Assembly: GCA_964617165.1 (NCBI GenBank)
Contig: CAZTWE010000002.1
Coordinates: 3,247 to 67,246 of the forward strand
Direction of reading: 5' to 3'
Length of the DNA: 64,000 nucleotides
From: an uncultured Ruminococcus sp.
GTDB lineage: Bacteria; Bacillota; Clostridia; Oscillospirales; CAG-272
Below are positions 17,933-26,629 of this stretch, one piece after another. Each line of letters opens with the position of its first letter. Within the stretch, counting starts at the first letter, position 1. The position numbers and the translations under genes are program-made. Below the pieces are notes generated by a model that saw only the letters and a list, made by a program, of their open reading frames with translations, was not told the origin of the DNA and ran no database searches.

Positions 17933-20854
17933 ATGAAAAAAATCGTTTTAACAGTATTTTCTATAAGCTTGCTTCTCCTTTGCATCCTGTCCATGGCATC
18001 CTGCTCAAACAGGCTGGATGCTCCGACAGGGCTTGAGCTTGACATAGATACTCAGACTCTTGAATGGAAAAAGGTTGACGGAGCAAGAGTATATACAGTT
18101 CAAGTCTCCGGTGAGGAGAGAGAAAAAACCACCAGGTCCAACTCTATATCTCTTGAATACCTTGAGCCCGGTACCTATGAAATCAAGGTCAAGGCGGTAG
18201 GAAACGAGGAAGAGGTTGCCGAATCCGAATGGGCTACCTACACGTTCGAGAGGATCGCTGAGAGCGGACTTCGATACAAGCTTATCAACAACGGTACCGA
18301 ATATCAGGTTACCGGCTCGGGTACGGCGTACGGAGACGTGGTAATGGAAAGCATATACCGCGGAAAGCCCGTTACCGCCATAGCCGATAAGGCATTTGCC
18401 AACAACAGAAAGATAACGAGCCTCGTTATCGGAAGCAACGTAAAATCGATCGGTAAGAACGCATTCACAAGATGCTCGGAGCTCACTTCCGTGACTATCC
18501 CCGAATCCGTTACCTCTATCGGTGATTACACGTTCCAGAGCTGCAAAAAGCTTGAGAGCATCGTGCTTCCCGACAGTATTACCGTAGTTTCCCCCTATAT
18601 GTTCTCCTGGTGCTCCGCACTGAAGAGCGTTACCGTGGGCAACAGAACCGAAAAAATATCCGAATACGCATTCTCCAACTGCGAAGCCCTGACTGAGGTT
18701 AAGCTTCCCGACACCGTTACGGTTATTGGAGAATATGCATTCTCCGACTGCGAAACAATGACCAAAATCACACTTGGCAGCGGAATTGAGGAGATCCACA
18801 CCTATGCATTCTACAACTGCGAGGCGATCAAATCAATAGAGCTCGGACAGAAGCTTAAATCACTCGGCTCATTTGCATTCGGAAACTGCAAAACTATAAC
18901 GACAATATCCATTCCCGATTCTACAGAGAGCATCGGTGACGCTGCTTTCGAGGGCTGTGCTGCTCTTGAGACAGTAACACTCGGTGCAAATATCCAAAAA
19001 ATCGGAATAGATGCTTTCCTTGACACTAAGATATATGACGATGCGCCCGATGAGGTTTATATCGGTAGCTGGTTTATAGCGACTAAGAACAAGGAGATAA
19101 CAAGCTTTACGCTCGCTGACGGCACCTACGGACTTGCCGATTGCGCATTCGTCGGCTGCAACGAGCTTCAGAGCATCACGCTTCCCGGCATCAGCAGAGT
19201 CGGCTCTTATGCATTCGGCTACTGCTCAAAGCTTTGGGAGGTCATCTTCGACGATTCACTTCTTTCAATAGATGCCAGTGCCTTTGCTTACTGCAAGGTG
19301 CTCACCGACGTTACCGTCGGAACAAGCCTTGAAACCATAGGAAACTATGCGTTCTACGGCTGTAGCCGATTTAACTCATTGGATCTGCCCGCAACAGTTA
19401 CCTCAATAGGCACACAAGCGTTTAACGATACCCGTGCATATACCGAAGCCTCCGACGTTGTCTATATTGACGACTGGGCTGTTTCGCTCAAGGAAGGTTT
19501 TTATACCGACGTTGTTATAAAGGACGGTACTCGCGGTATTGCAAATTACAGCTTCTACAATGGATTGATATTCTACACGATAACCATTCCCGATTCCGTA
19601 GAATACATCGGCAGAGCCGCATTCTACAATTGTCAGTACACTCCTTATATCTCGCTTCCCGAGGATCTTAAACATATCGGTGATTACGCGTTCTACGGCT
19701 GTGCAAGCACGTGGTTCGTTACAAACGATGCATTCTCGGCAGAGAGTGAGGTGGTGCTTGACGGTGTAACGGTCATCCCGAGCGGAACAAAGTACATAGG
19801 CAGAAGCGCATTCTACAATTGCCAGTCAATGGTCGGACTTGATATTCCGGGCTCGGTTAAAGAAATCGGACCTTACGCATTCTTCGGATGTGTAAACCTC
19901 GGAGACAGCCAGATATACATTGATGACCCCGAGGATTGCCTCAAGGGAGAGGTTATTCTCCACGAGGGTATTGAGAGCATCGGTGAGCGTGCATTCCAGA
20001 ACTGTGTCGGAATTGCCGATATCGTTCTGCCCGACAGCCTTACGACTGTTGGCTCGCGCGTATTCTACAAATGCTCCAACCTCAAGAGCGTAAAGATCGG
20101 TGCAGGCATAACCGAAATTCCCGATTATACGTTCTACAACTGCACGTCTCTTAACGGTATCGAGTTCTCTGACAGCATCGTTTCCATAGGAAGCTATGCA
20201 TTCCGCGGATGCGAGTCTATAAAAGAGCTTGAGATCGGAAAGAACGTTGAGAACATCGGAAGCTTTGCATTCTACGGCTGCAAGGGGCTTGACAGAATAG
20301 TAATTCCCGCAAGCGTCGTTTCCATTGGAAATTATGCATTCCGCGGCTGTTCAAATGCTACCTCCGTTATTTTGCCCGCGGGGCTTGAGGTAGTCGGAAA
20401 GCACGCATTCTACGGAATAAGCAAGGCAACCGTTTTCTGTGAGACAGAGTTTGTTCCCGCATATTGGGATGAGCGCTGGAACACATCCTTCCGCCCTGTT
20501 GTATGGGGCTGTACACTTTCCGATGACGGAAGCTACGTCGTATCCTTTACAAAGCATGCCGATGCAATCGACAATATAGATGCACCGAACATATCCATAG
20601 CTCCCGCGCGTGAAGGCTATATTTTCTCAGGCTGGTCGCTTACAGCTGAGGACAAAGAAATCGCATACACGGCAGATAAGCTTTCCGAAGCTACGGACGG
20701 CACCGCACTCTATGCTGTATATGCAGAAGACGTAACCCCTCCTCCTGCGGATGATACCACCGCAGGCGAGGGTGCTACCGAGGGTGACGGCATGGGCAGC
20801 GGTGAGACCGATAACGGTAACGCCGACGGCGCAGAGGAAAACAACAATACCTAA
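17933..20854 (+). CDS. BspA-type leucine-rich-repeat lipoprotein with a C-terminal B-repeat and acidic tail
   Basis: Signal peptide with LSMASC lipobox. Dozens of ~23-aa repeats of type IPxSVxxIGxxAFxxCxxLxSV. C-terminal ...REGYIFSGWSL...ALYAVYAE (Listeria-Bacteroides repeat). RBS AAAGGAG. Confidence 0.8.
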   Translation: MKKIVLTVFSISLLLLCILSMASCSNRLDAPTGLELDIDTQTLEWKKVDGARVYTVQVSGEEREKTTRSNSISLEYLEPGTYEIKVKAVGNEEEVAESEWATYTFERIAESGLRYKLINNGTEYQVTGSGTAYGDVVMESIYRGKPVTAIADKAFANNRKITSLVIGSNVKSIGKNAFTRCSELTSVTIPESVTSIGDYTFQSCKKLESIVLPDSITVVSPYMFSWCSALKSVTVGNRTEKISEYAFSNCEALTEVKLPDTVTVIGEYAFSDCETMTKITLGSGIEEIHTYAFYNCEAIKSIELGQKLKSLGSFAFGNCKTITTISIPDSTESIGDAAFEGCAALETVTLGANIQKIGIDAFLDTKIYDDAPDEVYIGSWFIATKNKEITSFTLADGTYGLADCAFVGCNELQSITLPGISRVGSYAFGYCSKLWEVIFDDSLLSIDASAFAYCKVLTDVTVGTSLETIGNYAFYGCSRFNSLDLPATVTSIGTQAFNDTRAYTEASDVVYIDDWAVSLKEGFYTDVVIKDGTRGIANYSFYNGLIFYTITIPDSVEYIGRAAFYNCQYTPYISLPEDLKHIGDYAFYGCASTWFVTNDAFSAESEVVLDGVTVIPSGTKYIGRSAFYNCQSMVGLDIPGSVKEIGPYAFFGCVNLGDSQIYIDDPEDCLKGEVILHEGIESIGERAFQNCVGIADIVLPDSLTTVGSRVFYKCSNLKSVKIGAGITEIPDYTFYNCTSLNGIEFSDSIVSIGSYAFRGCESIKELEIGKNVENIGSFAFYGCKGLDRIVIPASVVSIGNYAFRGCSNATSVILPAGLEVVGKHAFYGISKATVFCETEFVPAYWDERWNTSFRPVVWGCTLSDDGSYVVSFTKHADAIDNIDAPNISIAPAREGYIFSGWSLTAEDKEIAYTADKLSEATDGTALYAVYAEDVTPPPADDTTAGEGATEGDGMGSGETDNGNADGAEENNNT
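18371..20440 (+). repeat. LRR_5 (BspA-like) repeat array within the CDS; boundaries approximate
   Basis: Recurrent gcattctacaactgc / AFxxC...L..I.IP..V..IG units across ~2 kb. Confidence 0.6.
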
Positions 20855-20868
20855 GACAGGATAAGAAA

Positions 20869-23800
20869 ATGAATAATAACCGTAAAATTAAAATTATCAT
20901 GATCGCAGTCCTGGTCATGATCTTAGCATGTGCGGCGATGCTTACCGGCTGCAACAGTAGCGTAGTCAGCGATATTGTTGTATTGAACTCGGGCAAACCA
21001 CGCACGGTCTACGTAGAGGGCCAGGATCTTGACCTTTCCGGCGGTGTTATTACCGCTATTGTGGACGGGGAGGAGACCTCGATCCCCATGAACAGTGAGG
21101 ACGTAACCGTTACCGGTTATGACAAAGACACTATCGGAAAACAGACTCTTACCATAACCTACAAGGAAAAGACAACAACCATCGAAGTAAACGTAATTGC
21201 ACGTATGGTTGCGGAAAACTTTGAAACAAATTATTTTGTCGGTGATAAGCTTGACACCTCGAAGGGCAGGCTCAGAATAGCCAGAGACAACGCAACTACG
21301 TTTACGGTAAATCTCAGCGATTCTACAGTTACCGTCAAGTCCTTTGATTCATCCAAATCGGGCGCAGCAACCGTTACGGTAGGCTATAAGGGCAGCGCAG
21401 GTGAGGACTACGAAGCCGATTTCAGCGTAAACGTATATGACGTCGGCGAGGTCGTTTTCACAAAGCCCTATAAAGACGACTACAGCAGTCATGATACCGA
21501 GCTCGATTTTTCGGGCGGATACTTTACTATCAAGGCATCCGGCAATTCCAGCTTCTCCAAGTTTGTATATCTCAATTCCGAGCTGGTAAAGGTAAGCGGA
21601 TTTAAGCCCGAAGACGTTACTATCGAAAACAGAGATACTCCCGCAGATCAAACGGTCGTTTTCGAATACGCGGGAAAGACTTACAAATTCCCCATTACCG
21701 TAGTTTACAGCAGCATTTCTATTGTAAAGCAGAGAATAGAGGAGCTCGCTGATCTTGACTGGTCGAAGGATGAGGTCACAATAGACGAGGGGCACGGTCT
21801 TGCCGCGCTTGATGCTATCAAGGAATACTACAAGCTCACGAACGCTGAGAAAAAATCTCTCAGTGAGGATGAGATAAACACAATCGTACGTCCTGCGGCA
21901 GTATACATAAACGATATGTATATCAAGGAGCTTGAAACCTACTCGGGAAGCTTTGGAATAACCTCCGACGGATATTTCACTCTTTATGCAGAAAGCTACG
22001 ATGCCGTTGAGACCGACCGTGACAGGCTTAAGGACCCCAACGAAAAGATCAACACCTACGGTGATATCTTGCGCGATATTTATGCAGATTTTGCAAAAAC
22101 CGTTATCGCTAACAAGATAACCATTGCAGATTACGTATTTGTTCTCAGCGCAGAGAGCAACGATTATCTGATCGCAATACTTGATCAGGCACTGAAGGTA
22201 TACGATGCCTTCTCCGTTATTCCCGACGATTGGACTGTTGAAGATCTTTCGACAACCGAATATGCCTCCGCTATCACCAAGGAGGTCGCCAGAATAACCG
22301 CAAGTGAGTTCATCGGTCTCGGATACGCCGCTATATATCAGCGTGCTTCCGCATGGAGAACTAACGACGATATTATTGACATTATCTACTCCTACTACAT
22401 GTACGCAGTTGAGGATCCCAAGACTGCGGTTGAAGGAACTCTTTGGAACAAACTTCCCATGCCCGGCAAGCTTCAGTCATGGTACGAGGAGCTTTACAAT
22501 GCGAGCTACGACGTTCAGACCTGCTGGAACTATGCATCGACAGGCGAAGCATACCTTTACGACACCGTAACACTGTTTGATGCTTACTACAAGTCGCAGG
22601 TATACGCTGCTGAGATAAAGAGCGGTGAAGATAAGCTTGCCCTTGACGTTTACAACATCATCGAGGGCGATGATATATTCAACGAAAACATCAAAAAGGC
22701 TCTTTTGGGATATGATGAAAACGATAGCCCGGTATACGGCTTCGGATACATTTATCATGCAGGCGAGGGCCTTGACAGTGCGACTCTTGAGCAAATGTGG
22801 AAAACCTACCTTGCGCTCTACGATCTTTACTTGCTCGGCATTGAAGATCCCAAGGCAAACGAGAAAGAGTTTGTTGCTGCGTTCAACGCACTTGCAGAGC
22901 TTTCCCCCGCAGAGGTTCACGCATTCCTTTGTTCTATGCATTTCCAGTATGACTCCTCAAACGGAAACATTCTTGTTCTTGATTATTCAAACAGCGCACG
23001 GAGCACGTTCGTTTATCTTATAGCAAACTATTACCTTGAATGTCTGCCCGAGGCAGCGGATCCTCTCTTCCAGAAGATGCTTCTTGCTATAGAAAACCTC
23101 TCGCTCATCAACTTCAAGGCATCCGCGCTTGATGATTTCAAAACCGTTATGGGAGAGCTTACTACAGCATACGATGATCTTTCCGACGAGGATGAAGCTA
23201 TATTCAATCAGTACGTTGGCGAATGTTACAACAAATACGTTAGCATTTATAACGTAATAAACGGAACTGCGGAAGTAACCGCACCTTCAAGCTTCGAGGA
23301 ACTTTACAATACCCTTTGTGCGTTTGACAAGGTAAACGAATTCTTCACATCAACCGAGGAGGGGCTTGATAAGGACGGAGTTCACGCACTTGTATTTGCT
23401 CTTTATGAAAAGGCAAAGGTGCTTTACGGAAACGTTGTGGCTGCCGGTGAAACCGATGCCGCTGCTCTTCTTGCACTCTACACCAAGGAATATGAATTTG
23501 GTGAGAAGTCCATGACTCTTGACCGCAAATTCTATGACGTAAGCGGCACGTTTGCAGGATACATGATGTATTCGACCATTACCTCAACCGATGATGCGGG
23601 TAACAAGACTCTCTACATGGCTTGGGAGATCTACGAGGTATCGGGCATTGATGCGTTCCTTGCAGATGCGGCATACCTCATGATGACCGATTTCGACGGT
23701 ACTTATACGACCGACAAAGATACCGTTCTCAGACTGATGCAGGCATTCCGTGCACTCAACTCGGCAGATCAGAACACGTTCTTCACCTTTGACGTTGACG

Positions 23801-24066
23801 TTCTTTACTATTCGGCAATCGAGAAATTCCTTGCAACCGTTCTCACCGAACAGGAGCTTGCGCTTGCAAAGGCTATATTTGAAGCCGAGGCGGCATACGT
23901 TATGATCGCAGAGGATGCCGAGAATACGGAAGCTATAGAGAAGTTCAAAACCGAAATGTCGGAAGCAACGGCACTTCTCGTTCCTACCGAAAGCTTTGAA
24001 GAATATCTTTCGGATATTTACTATTATTACTACGATAAGTATTCGGCACTGAACGAGGCTGAATAA
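20869..24066 (+). CDS. lipoprotein: N-terminal bacterial Ig-like (Big_3-type) domains plus a ~780-aa alpha-helical region with no recognisable family
   Basis: LTGC lipobox. Repeats of type PRTVYVEGQDLDLSGGVITAIVDG...TVTGYDKDTIGKQTLTITYKEKTTTIEVNV. The remainder is rich in A/E/Y/D/L with no motif I recognise. Confidence 0.65.
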   Translation: MNNNRKIKIIMIAVLVMILACAAMLTGCNSSVVSDIVVLNSGKPRTVYVEGQDLDLSGGVITAIVDGEETSIPMNSEDVTVTGYDKDTIGKQTLTITYKEKTTTIEVNVIARMVAENFETNYFVGDKLDTSKGRLRIARDNATTFTVNLSDSTVTVKSFDSSKSGAATVTVGYKGSAGEDYEADFSVNVYDVGEVVFTKPYKDDYSSHDTELDFSGGYFTIKASGNSSFSKFVYLNSELVKVSGFKPEDVTIENRDTPADQTVVFEYAGKTYKFPITVVYSSISIVKQRIEELADLDWSKDEVTIDEGHGLAALDAIKEYYKLTNAEKKSLSEDEINTIVRPAAVYINDMYIKELETYSGSFGITSDGYFTLYAESYDAVETDRDRLKDPNEKINTYGDILRDIYADFAKTVIANKITIADYVFVLSAESNDYLIAILDQALKVYDAFSVIPDDWTVEDLSTTEYASAITKEVARITASEFIGLGYAAIYQRASAWRTNDDIIDIIYSYYMYAVEDPKTAVEGTLWNKLPMPGKLQSWYEELYNASYDVQTCWNYASTGEAYLYDTVTLFDAYYKSQVYAAEIKSGEDKLALDVYNIIEGDDIFNENIKKALLGYDENDSPVYGFGYIYHAGEGLDSATLEQMWKTYLALYDLYLLGIEDPKANEKEFVAAFNALAELSPAEVHAFLCSMHFQYDSSNGNILVLDYSNSARSTFVYLIANYYLECLPEAADPLFQKMLLAIENLSLINFKASALDDFKTVMGELTTAYDDLSDEDEAIFNQYVGECYNKYVSIYNVINGTAEVTAPSSFEELYNTLCAFDKVNEFFTSTEEGLDKDGVHALVFALYEKAKVLYGNVVAAGETDAAALLALYTKEYEFGEKSMTLDRKFYDVSGTFAGYMMYSTITSTDDAGNKTLYMAWEIYEVSGIDAFLADAAYLMMTDFDGTYTTDKDTVLRLMQAFRALNSADQNTFFTFDVDVLYYSAIEKFLATVLTEQELALAKAIFEAEAAYVMIAEDAENTEAIEKFKTEMSEATALLVPTESFEEYLSDIYYYYYDKYSALNEAE

Positions 24067-24211
24067 TTTAACATCTTGCCGTATCACTTTCAAAAAAATG
24101 CCGTTACGTCGCATTTGCTACGTAACAGCTTCATTCGAGTAAAAACGGAGAAATACGCTACTCTTAGCGGATTTTCAACCTTTATTTTCTGATCAGATAT
24201 AAAAAAGCAGT

Positions 24212-24250
24212 GGCGAGGCAGAAATTTCTTTCTACCTCGCCAATTTTGTT
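24212..24250. terminator. bidirectional intrinsic terminator
   Basis: ggcgaggcaga / tctacctcgcc stem flanked by aaaaaa on the left and aattttgttt on the right. It lies between convergent genes. Confidence 0.65.
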
Positions 24251-24285
24251 TCCGATTACGCCTAAATGCGACAGCCCATTGATTT

Positions 24286-25596
24286 TTATTTAAAGTCTCC
24301 AAGGTAATCCTTATTAACAGCGAACAGCTCATCGCACATCTCTTTTATTTCTTCAAGACTAAGCACAGCCGAGCAAAGAGGATCAAGCGACACTGCCTGA
24401 TAAACCATCTCGCGCGATTTTTTCTCCCATGCCTTTACGACAAGATTTTCTATACCCGCAGTTTGAGCAACCATTATTGCCGCGGCATCGGGCAACGCAC
24501 CGACAAACGTTCTGGTATATCCGCGCTCATCTGCTATAACGGGTATCTCAACACATGCATCGTATGGAAGATTTGTAATCGAGCCGTTATTTATGATATT
24601 TGCGTTAAATGCAAACGGTGTATGGTCGCCTATTCTTGCATTGAGAATATTTGCTGCGTATTCATGGCTCCTACCCTCCGGCAAGGGCTTTTTCATCCAC
24701 GCCTCAATGATCTTCTTGTATCTGTCGGGATCGCGGCGAAGATTGAGGGAGAAACCGTATTCGCCCGGGTTCCAGTTAGAGCCAACGGGGGAGCAGAACT
24801 TGCGGATAAGGTCGGGCCTCTTTCTGAACCACGGTGTATACTCGGAATTGTGACCGCTCGATTCCGTGACGTAATATCCAAAGGTCTTGAATATCTCGTT
24901 TCTTACTTTTTCCTTGTTGTAGTATTTCGGGAGCTTTATTTTCTCACGAAGTATCGGATACATGTCCTCTCCGCCGTACTCAAGCTTTATAAAGAACGCC
25001 ATGTGATTTATACCTATGCAGGTGTACTCAACGTCTGAGTAGTCACATTCCGCCCATTCTGCAAGCATTTTAGACGTTCCCTGAACACTGTGACAGAGCC
25101 CCGTTACGTCAACCTTGGTATAGGTCTGCATAGCTTTGCAGAGCATGCTCATCGGGTTTGTGTAGTTCAGGAATACCGCATTCGGGCAAAGCCTTTCTAT
25201 ATCGGCGCATATTTCAAGCATCAGGGGGATATTACGCAACGCCCTGAAAATACCGGAAACGCTTCGCGTGTCACCGACGTTTATATCCACTCCGTATTTT
25301 TTTGGTATCTCTATTTCATGACGCCACACGTCAACGTCTCCGTTGAACACGGTGCAAAGCACAGCATCCGCACCGCGGAGCGCATCTTCTCTGTCGGTTG
25401 TCGCGGTAATCTTGAAATTCACGCCGCGCTCTGATTTTATCCTCTCAACGCATTTGGTTATCTCGGCAAGATGATATTCATTTATATCCATAAGACATAT
25501 ATGCGCATCATCAAAAGCGGGATAGGTAGTAAGGTCATTCACCACAGCGGTAGTAAATTGAACGCTTCCCGCACCTATAAAGGCTATCTTTTTCAT
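24286..25596 (-). CDS. melA: GH4 alpha-galactosidase / alpha-glucosidase (NAD- and Mn-dependent)
   Basis: MKKIAFIGAGSVQFT Rossmann start, the CHSVQGT motif, 436 aa. RBS AGGAGAAG. Confidence 0.8.
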   Translation of the reverse strand: MKKIAFIGAGSVQFTTAVVNDLTTYPAFDDAHICLMDINEYHLAEITKCVERIKSERGVNFKITATTDREDALRGADAVLCTVFNGDVDVWRHEIEIPKKYGVDINVGDTRSVSGIFRALRNIPLMLEICADIERLCPNAVFLNYTNPMSMLCKAMQTYTKVDVTGLCHSVQGTSKMLAEWAECDYSDVEYTCIGINHMAFFIKLEYGGEDMYPILREKIKLPKYYNKEKVRNEIFKTFGYYVTESSGHNSEYTPWFRKRPDLIRKFCSPVGSNWNPGEYGFSLNLRRDPDRYKKIIEAWMKKPLPEGRSHEYAANILNARIGDHTPFAFNANIINNGSITNLPYDACVEIPVIADERGYTRTFVGALPDAAAIMVAQTAGIENLVVKAWEKKSREMVYQAVSLDPLCSAVLSLEEIKEMCDELFAVNKDYLGDFK

Positions 25597-25782
25597 AGTA
25601 AGCTTCTCCTGTTTTTTTCTTCAAGCACCATGCCTGTCGGTATTCTAATTATAATGGTTATTCTGTCACTATACAATATGTTTTTCTGCTATTTTAGCCG
25701 GAACCCTTTGAAATATTGCTATTTTTATTGACAATGGCATTTTGTATCTGCTATAATAAAAAAAACGGTAAGGAGAGCTTTT

Positions 25783-26601
25783 GTGCAGGATTTCAGAATT
25801 TATAACGGCTACGCTGACAGGCAAGCGACAGCAACCGCTCATACCGCAGCAATAACCTCATGCGGTACTATCAAGGGCTCGCGCTACAACCACATGACGA
25901 TAAGAGAGCACGGCAGGAGCGACTGGTCGCTCTTTTTCTGTGAGCGCGGTAGGATGAATTTTTTCGGTGCAGAGTTGAACGCACAACAAATATGGATATA
26001 TGAGCCTCAAAAAAGGCAACAGTACGCAACCCTAGCCAAAGATAATACCGTATATAGATACCTTCATTTTTCGGGAAGTGATATGTACGAGCTTTTTACC
26101 TCGCTTGGTATCAAAAGGCAGACCCCGATAAGCGCAGCGTCAAAGGACATCCCAAAGCTGTTTGACGGTATTCAAGCAGCAGTCGGGGAGGGCGGAGCTC
26201 ACGCCTCTCTGAGAGCTGAATATCTGTGTCTGCGCCTTTTCTCTCAGATATCTCCCACCGCAGATGAGCGCGAGGAGAGGCTGCTTATCAAGGCTGTAAC
26301 GGACAGAATGGAGCACTCCTTTGCAGAGGATTATGATGCGGAGCTTTTTGCACGGATGATGAACGTGAGCCGCGACCGCTTTCAGCATATTTTTCGCGAG
26401 GTTATGGGAATATCGCCGTACGCCTATTACGTGGGGCTGCGGATGGAAAACGCAGTTAAGCTTCTCCTTGAAACCAACCTGAAAATAAAGGATATCGCAG
26501 AATTTTCGGGCTACCGTGATCCGTTTTATTTTGCAGCGGCATTCAAAAGCGCAAAAGGAACCTCGCCCACCGAATACAGGGCTATACATAAAATCAAATA
26601 A
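25783..26601 (+). CDS. AraC-family transcriptional regulator
   Basis: GTG start after AAGGAGAG. C-terminal double HTH (..ISPYAYYVGLRMENAVKLLLETNLKIKDIAEFSGYRDPFYFAAAFKSAKGTSPTEYR). Divergent from the GH4 gene. Confidence 0.85.
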   Translation: MQDFRIYNGYADRQATATAHTAAITSCGTIKGSRYNHMTIREHGRSDWSLFFCERGRMNFFGAELNAQQIWIYEPQKRQQYATLAKDNTVYRYLHFSGSDMYELFTSLGIKRQTPISAASKDIPKLFDGIQAAVGEGGAHASLRAEYLCLRLFSQISPTADEREERLLIKAVTDRMEHSFAEDYDAELFARMMNVSRDRFQHIFREVMGISPYAYYVGLRMENAVKLLLETNLKIKDIAEFSGYRDPFYFAAAFKSAKGTSPTEYRAIHKIK

Positions 26602-26629
26602 GCAAAGGACGCAGGAGGAGGACAATCAG

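Noticed and set aside
13644-18799. A series of very long antisense ORFs inside the MoxR/VWA/LRR genes (13644-14585, 313 aa; 15299-16282, 327 aa; 17081-17899, 272 aa; 18005-18799, 264 aa). Similar ones lie opposite gyrA, GH4, the antiporter and the PHP phosphatase.
   Set aside because: Their translations are low-complexity and Cys/Arg/His/Val-rich, with no motifs and no RBS. They always lie opposite well-supported genes. This is the usual by-product of strong codon bias (stop-poor antisense frame), not overlapping genes.
24090-24332. 80-aa minus-strand ORF and the 29717-29926 ORF in terminator-containing spacers.
   Set aside because: Both span intrinsic terminator hairpins between convergent genes. 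They lack an RBS and have non-protein-like composition.
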